This document shows positions 8,299-17,306 of a stretch of 64,000 nt of DNA, in pieces (position 1 is the stretch's first letter; every line of letters begins with the position of its first letter). The DNA is from a virus: the IMG/VR virus record IMGVR_UViG_3300023213_000527; one strand, written 5' to 3'. The position numbers and the translations under genes were made by a program. The notes under the pieces were generated by a model. That model made no database searches and had not been told where the DNA came from. It saw only the letters and a program-made list of their open reading frames with translations.

Positions 8299-9282
8299 TT
8301 AAACTTCCATTAACTTTTCATGAAGGTATCGAATATGATTATCTTTAAAGTTTGCAGCCGATTTATTTAGTAACGGACTTAAATCTTCGGAAGTTTCATA
8401 AATAGTAGTGCTCACTCCTGAATGTGCGGAATACATAGTATTAATAATACATTCTAAATCCTTAAAATTAGGCATTATGGCAGAATGTTTGTTGTTGTAG
8501 AAAGCGTCTGCTAAAAAGCTGGTTTGTCCTTCGCACACAAACAGTTTTGAGTTGGCCAAATTGCAAAAGTATTCTTCCTGATTTTCAATGTTTTTGAGAG
8601 CTAAATTTTGATATTGTTCTTGATAGAATTCAGTAAATGCTATGGAATCGGGATACTGGCGCAATAAACTGAAAATACGTTTGTTGTTATTAATCATGCC
8701 AGCAATAATATTGTGTTGGCACGGAATAGATTTTTTGCCTAATTGATAATATGGACGAATCCACTCAAATCCGACTTTTAATTCAGGAACATTTTTTGTA
8801 TCTCCCAAATGCGAATAAACAAAGTTGCGATCTGAGTTGATCACCATATTCATTTGGCGCCGGTGATGAACCTCATCTTTTTTCCAAAGATAACAGTATT
8901 GGCTGTATAACCCAACGCCATATTTGGCACCCGGTAATGTGGCGAAATTAATCAAAGATGAACTGCATTGCCATAATGGAATCCCTAATAAGTTAGCAAT
9001 ATTAGAAGTAAAATGTTCCATATCGCTAATAATTAGATCCGGTTTGAAACTTTTAACTTGATCATAGTAAATAGAAAGATTGTGATTATCAGCGTGCAGC
9101 TCATCCGGATGATAAATATCAAGTAGGCAATCTAATGTCCAATCTACTTGAAAATACTTAGGGGAGGACTTCCTAAAGGCAGCTACTTTGATTAAATAAT
9201 CACTGCCTACTTCTTTCAAAAATCGGGATAATTGAATTCGAGCATTGGAATTACGACCCGCTGCGTAGAGAATTTTCAACAT
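8299..9282 (-). CDS. GT-B glycosyltransferase-like protein (MJ1255/Glyco_trans_1_3-like, divergent)
   Basis: MLKILYAA, FKPDLIISDMEH, FVCEGQTSFLADAFYNNK. Confidence 0.6.
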   Translation of the reverse strand: MLKILYAAGRNSNARIQLSRFLKEVGSDYLIKVAAFRKSSPKYFQVDWTLDCLLDIYHPDELHADNHNLSIYYDQVKSFKPDLIISDMEHFTSNIANLLGIPLWQCSSSLINFATLPGAKYGVGLYSQYCYLWKKDEVHHRRQMNMVINSDRNFVYSHLGDTKNVPELKVGFEWIRPYYQLGKKSIPCQHNIIAGMINNNKRIFSLLRQYPDSIAFTEFYQEQYQNLALKNIENQEEYFCNLANSKLFVCEGQTSFLADAFYNNKHSAIMPNFKDLECIINTMYSAHSGVSTTIYETSEDLSPLLNKSAANFKDNHIRYLHEKLMEV

Positions 9283-9296
9283 ACACTATTTCTGAT

Positions 9297-9890
9297 TTAT
9301 CCGTTAATCGACATTTTTTGGCGCAAATTAGCAATTTGTTTTTCAAATAGTTCTTTGGTTGCTCGAACGTCGGCAGCGGCAGCATGCGCTTTCTCGTTCT
9401 TTATTCCATATTTTTTGAGCAAATTATGCAAGCTATATCCTTCCGCTAAGGAACGATTGGCATAATCTACTGTAAACTCTAACATCATGGTATCCATCAT
9501 TCTTCGTCCGAATGGGAAGGTATCTTCAGAGCCACATTTGACCCATAATTGACGCAACATTGAATAATCGAACGCAACATTCTGTCCAACAATAACTCTG
9601 TTTTCAGCTGGCATACAGTCCTCAGCAATCCAATTTTCGACCTCGATGATAACTTCGTTTGGATTACGATATGTCTCTCGTCCATGTTTTGTTTCATGGC
9701 GAAGATCTTCGATTTTGTATCCATTTATTCGCAATGCTGCTTGTTCAATATTCTCCGGATTCGTAGGTCTTATAAACCATGTTTTTTGGATACCATCACT
9801 CATCCGGAGAATGGAGAGTTCTACAACATCATTTTTGTAAGGATCTAATCCTGTAGTTTCTGTATCACATACATAAATTGCATAATCCAT
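9297..9890 (-). CDS. DEDDh 3'-5' exonuclease (second DnaQ-like paralogue)
   Basis: CDTETTGLD, VGQNVAFD, AHAAAAD; start ATG 9890 after AAGGA. Confidence 0.87.
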   Translation of the reverse strand: MDYAIYVCDTETTGLDPYKNDVVELSILRMSDGIQKTWFIRPTNPENIEQAALRINGYKIEDLRHETKHGRETYRNPNEVIIEVENWIAEDCMPAENRVIVGQNVAFDYSMLRQLWVKCGSEDTFPFGRRMMDTMMLEFTVDYANRSLAEGYSLHNLLKKYGIKNEKAHAAAADVRATKELFEKQIANLRQKMSING

Positions 9891-9912
9891 TAAATAATCC
9901 TTATTTAGGAAG

Positions 9913-9941
9913 AATATAGTCATCCCAAAAACAAGTGTCAA
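9913..9941 (-). promoter_or_regulatory. Sigma70-type promoter
   Basis: TTGACA-17 nt-TATATT on the minus strand, upstream of the exonuclease RBS. Confidence 0.7.
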
Positions 9942-9951
9942 GCCGCCGCGA

Positions 9952-10326
9952 TTATTTTAATTTGGAAAGTTTAACTGCTAAAATCTTTTTAAGTTCTGTG
10001 CGTAAATTATTAAAGGATTTGATGCCGATTTTAGCTTGAGCAATAATGAAACTAACCCCATCTATCGTTCGTAAAAACTCTTTTTCCTTTTTAGAAATTT
10101 TTACACCTTCAATGGTAAAAATGGCTTTATTATTCTCGAACACTCGCCATTTTTCACCTTTATTTGGCATACCTATTCTTTTAACTCGAATAACTTTTTC
10201 AATAATATTATCTTCCTCACAATAAAGATCATGTTCGAACTTGCTGAGATTTTGTTTAAAAGTTCGTTCTCTTATCTCATCGGTCGGCATAGTAATAGCT
10301 GAATCAGGATATAGTTTATTGGACAT
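9952..10326 (-). CDS. Hypothetical protein
   Basis: 124-aa ORF in the minus-strand run. Confidence 0.7.
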   Translation of the reverse strand: MSNKLYPDSAITMPTDEIRERTFKQNLSKFEHDLYCEEDNIIEKVIRVKRIGMPNKGEKWRVFENNKAIFTIEGVKISKKEKEFLRTIDGVSFIIAQAKIGIKSFNNLRTELKKILAVKLSKLK

Positions 10327-10332
10327 ATAGTT

Positions 10333-11544
10333 TCACCTACAAACATTATCCGCTGCAATTTTGCCCATGCATGCTGCGCCTAAAATACCTTGAACACTAG
10401 CGCTCTCGCCCGCAACAAACATATTGTCAATTTCGGTGGAGAGGTTTGTTCCAACATTGATTGCAGGCGCCATTGGTATGATTGTTGGCACATGAAAATA
10501 AGCACGAGTAGCGATTTCCGGAACTACCGCAGATAGATCTTGAATAGTTTCTTTTAACCAATCGTATTCTTGAATCAAGGATATTTTGCTTTTTTCAGTC
10601 AAAATATAGGATACCCGTTCTTTGATGACACGATCATTGGATAAAACGAAAGCTAATTTTCCAACACGATCTGTTTGTTCAAATCCTTCGTTGGGAAAAG
10701 TTCTGCTGCCAATTAGAGAAAAGGATACTTTATCTGACTTCCACCGAGCTTCATTGGAACGAAACGCCGAAATGGCTAAATCAACATGATCTTCGGGTAT
10801 AACTGTTCCGAACCAAGAAAAAGGCCCTAGTTCTACATTATCTTTAATAATGGTGCAGTTGGATCGGTTAAAATCTTTCATTGCAGATGCATTCATTTCG
10901 ATGCGAATTCCGAATCTGGCAATGTCATTATTTTCAATAATCCCAAAATTATGGTAAAGATTACGAGCCCATCGCCAGCCGCTTCGTCCCACTGCGATTA
11001 CCAACTTTTTGGCTTTATACTCTTGCTCACTAGTACTAATAATAAATATTCCACGCTGTTTGTATATATGTTTTACTTCGTTATCAAAACTAAAGGAAAT
11101 ATTACTATTTTTCTCGATGGTATCCGCAATGTATTTGGAAAGAGAATGAATATCTTTAGGATAAGTTTGAATATAATTATTTAAGGAAATCTGATAGCCA
11201 GCTTTGGTAAATTTTTTTTCTAAGGGCGTGGAAAGCGGACGGTCTTTGGTAATTTCAAAATTTCTAATATTAGAAAATACATCTTTTACCCAGCTGTAGG
11301 CAGTTTTAGCTCTTTTGGTTCCTACCAAATTAGCTACTTTTTGAATGTCTGGAAGATACAGTTTCCCATCCCCATTAGGAGCTAGCCCAAACCAACCATT
11401 CATTTGATGCCGGCGTTTTCCTTGTGGTCGGCCAGCTTCAATGCCTATCACTTTGATGTTTTTATGTTTTTCAGATAACCGCAAACAACAAATTGTTCCT
11501 GCTACTCCCAATCCAACCACAGCCACATCAAAAGTATTACTCAT
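10333..11544 (-). CDS. FAD-dependent oxidoreductase (COG2509-like)
   Basis: N-terminal FDVAVVGLGVAG...IEAG, GDGKL, IAVGRSG, C-terminal MFVAGESASVQGILGAACMG. Confidence 0.8.
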   Translation of the reverse strand: MSNTFDVAVVGLGVAGTICCLRLSEKHKNIKVIGIEAGRPQGKRRHQMNGWFGLAPNGDGKLYLPDIQKVANLVGTKRAKTAYSWVKDVFSNIRNFEITKDRPLSTPLEKKFTKAGYQISLNNYIQTYPKDIHSLSKYIADTIEKNSNISFSFDNEVKHIYKQRGIFIISTSEQEYKAKKLVIAVGRSGWRWARNLYHNFGIIENNDIARFGIRIEMNASAMKDFNRSNCTIIKDNVELGPFSWFGTVIPEDHVDLAISAFRSNEARWKSDKVSFSLIGSRTFPNEGFEQTDRVGKLAFVLSNDRVIKERVSYILTEKSKISLIQEYDWLKETIQDLSAVVPEIATRAYFHVPTIIPMAPAINVGTNLSTEIDNMFVAGESASVQGILGAACMGKIAADNVCR

Positions 11545-11567
11545 TGCTGCAGATATATCACGCTAAT

Positions 11568-12221
11568 TCAAATTTGTGCTATCAATTCGTCAAGAATGTT
11601 AAAAACATCGTCTTCGAATGGTCTTTGCCCGGTATTGATTTTATCGATAGCTTGGTCAAAATCTTTCTTTAATCCACCATAAAATGGCCACATATAATAA
11701 TAAGCGCTACTGGTAAATTGATCAATAAAAAACGATTCTTGTGTTTTGAGCATTGGAAAGAAATCCAAGCGCCCCGATAAAGATTTAATAGCATACAAAG
11801 ACGTTAAATAAGCTCTTTTCTCAAAAACCATTCTAAAGTAAGCTGGCAATGGAGCACCCAATAGTAAAAATAGAAGCGCCAATTTCCAACTGATCAAAAG
11901 AGCTGGAAAAAATAATAGAACAAGAATTTGGGGAAATAAATATAGACAAGAAAATAAAGGTCGAGTCAAATGTCGAGCGTCTTTGATATGAACCAGCTCG
12001 TGCAATAAAATGATGATTGACGAATTAGAATGAGATTGAACGAAATCTTGACTGGGATAATAAACTGTTGAACCAATAGTAGTAATATAGTTGGTCATAA
12101 AGTCTTTATTAAAAAATAACACCTTTCCAACTAGCTTCATTAACCAAGAATCAGTTTTATATTTAACGCGCAAATTGGGGAAATATTTTTGAGCAGATTG
12201 AACTAACTGATCGAGTGACAT
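11568..12221 (-). CDS. Membrane protein with HExxH metallopeptidase motif
   Basis: TTIGSTVY, LLHELVH, hydrophobic hairpin, FEKRAY; start ATG 12221 after AAGGA. Confidence 0.65.
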   Translation of the reverse strand: MSLDQLVQSAQKYFPNLRVKYKTDSWLMKLVGKVLFFNKDFMTNYITTIGSTVYYPSQDFVQSHSNSSIIILLHELVHIKDARHLTRPLFSCLYLFPQILVLLFFPALLISWKLALLFLLLGAPLPAYFRMVFEKRAYLTSLYAIKSLSGRLDFFPMLKTQESFFIDQFTSSAYYYMWPFYGGLKKDFDQAIDKINTGQRPFEDDVFNILDELIAQI

Positions 12222-12241
12222 AACTTCCTTTATATGTAGGG

Positions 12242-12622
12242 TTAAAATTTGAGCCAATTAGCAGTTACCGTATCAGCAACTGTTAATTTAGCAGTTTGTA
12301 AAGCCGCTTTCATTTTAGAAGAAAAAGCATTTTTAAGAAGTTGAGATAGTTTAGCCGCTGAGGGATGTGATGGCAGGGTAGAAACAAGATATTGAACATT
12401 CAAAACTTTATCCACCAAAATGTCAATGGTAACGCTTGCATCGGATGGAACACCGGCTTGATTTAGCATCGTAGCAACTGTATCTGAAAGTTCCCACAAC
12501 TGAGCCGCCTTTAATGCTCTCTCGATATCTTCTTTTTGGGCACTCGCCGCTATTTGAGAAAATTTTTCTAATTTTTGTTCGAAAATATCTGCTAACTGCG
12601 CCATTTTTTTAAGCGAATCCAT
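12242..12622 (-). CDS. Hypothetical protein
   Basis: 126-aa ORF with GGGAG RBS. Confidence 0.7.
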   Translation of the reverse strand: MDSLKKMAQLADIFEQKLEKFSQIAASAQKEDIERALKAAQLWELSDTVATMLNQAGVPSDASVTIDILVDKVLNVQYLVSTLPSHPSAAKLSQLLKNAFSSKMKAALQTAKLTVADTVTANWLKF

Positions 12623-12689
12623 ATTGTCTCCCGTTTTTTATATCACGCTACATGCATATGCTAAATTTTTGGCATGATTTTGAGGAATT

Positions 12690-13496
12690 ATGGTTTCTTT
12701 TCCGGCACAAATTGATACCGGCGGGACTGGTGGCAGTCTTCCAACCGTAGCTGATAATCTTACTAGATTGCAAGGTATTCTTTGGAATCGTCTCCGTGAT
12801 GCTATCATCGCCATTGAATCTGAACTTGGAGTTAAACCTAGCGGATCTTCTGGAACGGTTAGGGCGCGATTAGATACCATGGATAACACTTTGATCAAAA
12901 TTGCAGGCGATATTGGAGGAACTTCCGCTGTTCCTTTAGTTATTGGTATTCAGGGCAATCCAGTTGTCGCGAGTATTCCTAATCCGGGTGATGTGTTAAC
13001 TTGGAGTGGGTCTTTTTGGTTTTCGCATGCACCTCCGAGTGGCACTGGTGGTAGCGTTACATTTTCTAATGATTTATCTGGAACTAGTGCGGTTCAGACA
13101 GTTGTAGGAATTAGTGGGCGCCCTATAGCTAACACTGCACCGGCGGCTGGTCAAGCTTTAGTTTGGTCAGGAAGCCAATGGGTTCCAGGTAGTGTGATAG
13201 ACGCCGTTTTTAATGTAGTTAATAATGATTTTACTGTTTCAGCCACTAGTTTTGGCGCAGTTGTAGCGGTTTCATCTTTAACAGCTAATCATATTGTCTC
13301 TTTACCAGCCACACCAACGTTAGGACAAAGAATAACCGTCAAAGATGCTGATGGTTCGCTAGCAAGTTTCAACATCACCGTTAATGGCAATGGACATAAT
13401 ATCGACAATGCGGCTACATTTGTTATGAGTAGTATTCAAGGAGCATTCTCTTCAATAGAAGTTCAATTTAATGGAACTATCTGGCTAACGATTTGA
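12690..13496 (+). CDS. Virion fibre-related structural protein
   Basis: Two V.GI.G.P......G..L.WSG..W repeats shared with 17307..20660; C-terminal LPATP..G.RITVKD..G....NITV module of tail-fibre type. Confidence 0.65.
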   Translation: MVSFPAQIDTGGTGGSLPTVADNLTRLQGILWNRLRDAIIAIESELGVKPSGSSGTVRARLDTMDNTLIKIAGDIGGTSAVPLVIGIQGNPVVASIPNPGDVLTWSGSFWFSHAPPSGTGGSVTFSNDLSGTSAVQTVVGISGRPIANTAPAAGQALVWSGSQWVPGSVIDAVFNVVNNDFTVSATSFGAVVAVSSLTANHIVSLPATPTLGQRITVKDADGSLASFNITVNGNGHNIDNAATFVMSSIQGAFSSIEVQFNGTIWLTI

Positions 13497-13502
13497 TTTG
13501 CC

Positions 13503-16478
13503 TTAAGTTACACGCACCGCGTTGATTCCATCTGAGAAAATGTGATAGGCGTTATTATTAGGGATTGCCACTCCAGTATCATTGCTCGTTGCTTTGATGG
13601 TAGCGGTTTGACCTGATACGTTGTAAATAACTCTATTCCAAGAATCCGCTGCCCCTACTCCTATAATTACACTAAATGATGTTCCCGGACTGCCTGTCAA
13701 TTTGTAGCGATCATGCGATATTTCGCTAAATGATAGAGTAATAGTTCCACCAACCGAGCAATCTTTAATTAGAATATTATGGCTGGCAACTATAACAGGC
13801 TCAAAAGTATTAGCATTAGAACCAAAACCATCATGTGTTCCTACATTTTCCCAAGTTATGCTTCCATCTGCAACTGTATTACCAATAACTAAAGGCCAGC
13901 TTGGTTCTGTGGTTCCTGTAGTTCCTACTGCGCTAGCTCTAAATATAAATCCATTGTCCGTACTAGCATAAACAGTATCGCCAACTCTTATTGATAAATT
14001 AGATGCCCAATTTTTGTTAAATCCATAACCGGCAGCAAGAGACCATCCGCCTTTTTGTTTTGCTCTAACAGCAACTGGATAATTAGTGGTTCCACTTCTA
14101 TTAATAAGAATATCTCCAGTAGAATACCATTCTGTTCCTGCATTCGTGCCAGCCAACCACGACAAAGATCCATAAGATTGGCTTGCATCGTACCATCCAA
14201 TTCGACGAAACCCAACAAGATCATTACCTCCCCAAATTCCAGAAATTTGGACTTCTGCTCCGGGGAAAGGAAAACTTCGGCTTCCTGCGTATTCCTTGGC
14301 GGATACGGAATTAGCCCAAAGCTGTTGCCAACGCCCACTAGTCAAATTATAAGTTACGCTCCATTGCCCACCATCCGCTCTAGAATCAAGCTGCGATGTT
14401 CCAGCTTCGTGTCCCCACCCAAATGCAGAATAGGTTCCATTATTGCTGCCTGCAAAAAATTGGGACGCCAATCCACCATAAGTTATTCCAGTCCAAACAT
14501 TGTCGGTGTAATAAAAATATGGAGTAAAGAAAATAAAGGTTCCACTTCCGCCTTGATAAACATTTCCTCCAGTGGATAAAGTTCCCGAACAAGTAACTCC
14601 AGAAATTACGGTGCAAGTACATCCAGTAAAAGATGTTGAAGTAATTCCAGTATAATTAACTGATTGTAAACCAGTGCTAGATTGCACCAGAATAATACCA
14701 GAAGTTTTGAAACCAGTTGTTGAAGTCACATTAATGGTAGATGGTGTCATAAGAATACCATTAGAACTTGCAGCAATTGTAGTGTTGGTCTCAGAATGTC
14801 CTAATTGATGTTGGGATAATCCAAAATTTTGAGGATAATCGGCACGAGTAGGAGTAAAATTAATATAATGTGCTCCACTATCGGTAGTGTAACGAATGTT
14901 CAATATTTGTGAATGGACAGATGAAGTCGGATAAAATGAATCTTGTCCGGCAGGGTATCCTGCTTGGGTTATCTGAATAGTAAAGGAAAGCTGATCTGGA
15001 GTTAGACTGCTATAAGAAGTAATTCTTGGTTCTACCCCAACATTTTGCCAAATAATTCCATTATCATTGACGGTGTTTCCAGCAACGGTTGGCCAGATAG
15101 GCTCTATTGTTCCAGTAGTTCCATTATTAGTGGCTTGATAAATAAAATCATTTATTATCGTAGGTCGAATAGTTTTATTGATAGCAATACCGGTATTGGT
15201 AGACCAAGCAGTGACGCCGGACAGAGAAAAATTTATATTTGGCTTGCCATAGAAGAAAGCAGGATGCATACGAGCATAAGTGCCGCCCCCAAAATAAGAA
15301 CTGTCTTGTGTAAATCCATTAGCTAAAAGCCCATTAATAACAAAAACGTTTCCATTGGCAATATAATTGGGAGGCTGATCTGCTTCTGCATAACAATTAA
15401 TAAGAGAACTTTCTCCTACAGTGTTAACGTAGTAACCTCCTAAACCATTTTCTGCAGTATGAATCGATACCCAATTACATCCCAAGAAGGAACGATCATA
15501 TACTCCCCATCCTCTATTCCCTTGAAAATCACCTGAATAGCAACATCCGTTATTAGTATCACCTCCTCGGATATGAATTCCATCTTGGCATCCAAAGCAA
15601 CGAGTCCATTCTATTTTCCAATTATCTGGAAACCCACTGTTTTCAGAAGCGATATAAATGCCGTGTCCTCCAAATCCACTAAATTGACAATTAATAATGC
15701 CAGTTGGAGTACCTAGAGAGCAACCATGAGCAGATAAACTAGAATTTCCTTCTGCTTGGAACATAAGTCCTTCAATAATTGCTCCTTGTGCGGAAGCTAA
15801 ATTATCATCTGGAAATCCAGTTTGACCACTTCCTTGCCAAATTTTAATACCAACAAAAGTGTCGGGAACAAATATTCGAGCCGCTGGAACATATCTGCTT
15901 CCTGCACCCATTAATTTAACTGGTCGAGTAATATCGATGGTTTTAGAAATATACCAATCACCAGTAGGAAACCAGATAATTATGCCGCTTTCATGCTGGT
16001 AGGGATATGTAGATCTAACAACAGCGCGCGAAGCGGCAATAATAGCAGCATCATTTTGTTGTCTAGCAAGTGTTGAGCTGTCTCCTTCAATGGCTCCAAA
16101 ATCTATAATATTGATGTTGTCTGATCTTCTTGGTGCAATAGTTATGTTACCATCAGTATCGCAATGACCAATCCAATTAGGAGGCGAAACACAGGTAGAA
16201 TCTGTAGCGCGTACTGGAAATCCAGAAGCATTTATGCCAACGGCACAAGCAATACCAGTTCCAAGACTAATAATTTTCGGATTGATATGCCCTGAAGCCT
16301 GAAGATGGATTGTGTTACCAATATTTCCTGAAGATAGTGCAATGCCACTGAAAGGCATTATTCGCAAAGCAGTAGTAGGAACGGTTACATGTCCATTGCC
16401 AACAGTTCTTATAACTTGAGACGCCGTGATACCAGCATCGGCAATCCCCTTGATTGTTGTATTTGGTTGAAAAGTCAT
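13503..16478 (-). CDS. Tailspike/receptor-binding protein with pectate-lyase-like beta-helix
   Basis: NINIIDFGAIEGD...NDAAI...WFPTGDWYISKTI opens the beta-helix; two copies of W.....GTTGT.EP.WP...G.TV.D..I.W.NVG. Confidence 0.7.
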   Translation of the reverse strand: MTFQPNTTIKGIADAGITASQVIRTVGNGHVTVPTTALRIMPFSGIALSSGNIGNTIHLQASGHINPKIISLGTGIACAVGINASGFPVRATDSTCVSPPNWIGHCDTDGNITIAPRRSDNINIIDFGAIEGDSSTLARQQNDAAIIAASRAVVRSTYPYQHESGIIIWFPTGDWYISKTIDITRPVKLMGAGSRYVPAARIFVPDTFVGIKIWQGSGQTGFPDDNLASAQGAIIEGLMFQAEGNSSLSAHGCSLGTPTGIINCQFSGFGGHGIYIASENSGFPDNWKIEWTRCFGCQDGIHIRGGDTNNGCCYSGDFQGNRGWGVYDRSFLGCNWVSIHTAENGLGGYYVNTVGESSLINCYAEADQPPNYIANGNVFVINGLLANGFTQDSSYFGGGTYARMHPAFFYGKPNINFSLSGVTAWSTNTGIAINKTIRPTIINDFIYQATNNGTTGTIEPIWPTVAGNTVNDNGIIWQNVGVEPRITSYSSLTPDQLSFTIQITQAGYPAGQDSFYPTSSVHSQILNIRYTTDSGAHYINFTPTRADYPQNFGLSQHQLGHSETNTTIAASSNGILMTPSTINVTSTTGFKTSGIILVQSSTGLQSVNYTGITSTSFTGCTCTVISGVTCSGTLSTGGNVYQGGSGTFIFFTPYFYYTDNVWTGITYGGLASQFFAGSNNGTYSAFGWGHEAGTSQLDSRADGGQWSVTYNLTSGRWQQLWANSVSAKEYAGSRSFPFPGAEVQISGIWGGNDLVGFRRIGWYDASQSYGSLSWLAGTNAGTEWYSTGDILINRSGTTNYPVAVRAKQKGGWSLAAGYGFNKNWASNLSIRVGDTVYASTDNGFIFRASAVGTTGTTEPSWPLVIGNTVADGSITWENVGTHDGFGSNANTFEPVIVASHNILIKDCSVGGTITLSFSEISHDRYKLTGSPGTSFSVIIGVGAADSWNRVIYNVSGQTATIKATSNDTGVAIPNNNAYHIFSDGINAVRVT

Positions 16479-16487
16479 ATTTATTGA

Positions 16488-17306
16488 CTAATACATAATT
16501 TCCAAGAACCCAGAACCACCATTGCCACCAGCACCACCATTTCCTGTAGTAGTATTAGCTCCAGAACCACCGCCTCCGCCACCACCAGCTCCAGTGTTGG
16601 CAGTTCCATTAGTTCCAGCAGTTCCAGCATTTGTCGTAGCGCCTGCACTTCCTCCACCACCGCTCACGCCTTCAAGTTCATCGTTACCGGCTGATGCGCC
16701 ACCGCCACCGCCTCCGGGGAATCCGCCAGAACCTGCACCACCAGTTCCTCCTGTAGGAGCTGTGCCAGTCCCTGCATAATAACCAACACCTAAGTCACCA
16801 TTAACGCCATTATTAGTTCCGGGTGCTCCTCCAGTACCTCCAGATCCGCTCTCAAGAGCGCCAACTACTTGACCAGCAGCAAAACCTGTGCGACCAACAC
16901 CAGCTGGAGTTGTACTTCCTCCACCAGCTCCCGCAGCAGAAGAAGTCCCATCAAAGCCGCCATTTCCTCTACCCGCACCATATGCTGTTAATAAGCTTCC
17001 AAATGTTGTATTGTTGCCAACAACTCCGTTGGAACCGTTGGTTCCTGTAGAACCGGCACCACCTGCTCCGCCAGAGCCAATTGTAATAGTATATGATGTT
17101 CCCGGCGTCAAAACTACACGTGTCAAGGTAATTATTGAAGAGCCTCCAGCCATGCCGCCGCCCGCTCCGCCACCTGGCGATGCATTGGCAAATCCTTTAC
17201 CACCGCCGCCGCCACCTCCTCCTCCGCCGGTTGCACGTATCCAAGCAGCTTGAACGCCGGGAGGCGCAACCCACGAACCATTTGCATTGAATCTAATAAT
17301 AGACAT
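16488..17306 (-). CDS. Glycine-rich tail-associated protein
   Basis: W.APPGV....I.ATGGGGGGG, V.LTPGTSYTITIG.GG, C-terminal GG.GGSGFLEI. Confidence 0.75.
   Translation of the reverse strand: MSIIRFNANGSWVAPPGVQAAWIRATGGGGGGGGGGKGFANASPGGGAGGGMAGGSSIITLTRVVLTPGTSYTITIGSGGAGGAGSTGTNGSNGVVGNNTTFGSLLTAYGAGRGNGGFDGTSSAAGAGGGSTTPAGVGRTGFAAGQVVGALESGSGGTGGAPGTNNGVNGDLGVGYYAGTGTAPTGGTGGAGSGGFPGGGGGGASAGNDELEGVSGGGGSAGATTNAGTAGTNGTANTGAGGGGGGGSGANTTTGNGGAGGNGGSGFLEIMY

Noticed and set aside
16522-17253. Pro-rich plus-strand ORFs (16522..16779, 16888..17253) and similar antisense ORFs over the fibre and baseplate genes
   Set aside because: They are shadows of Gly/Thr/Ala-rich sense genes, with no RBS or independent motif.
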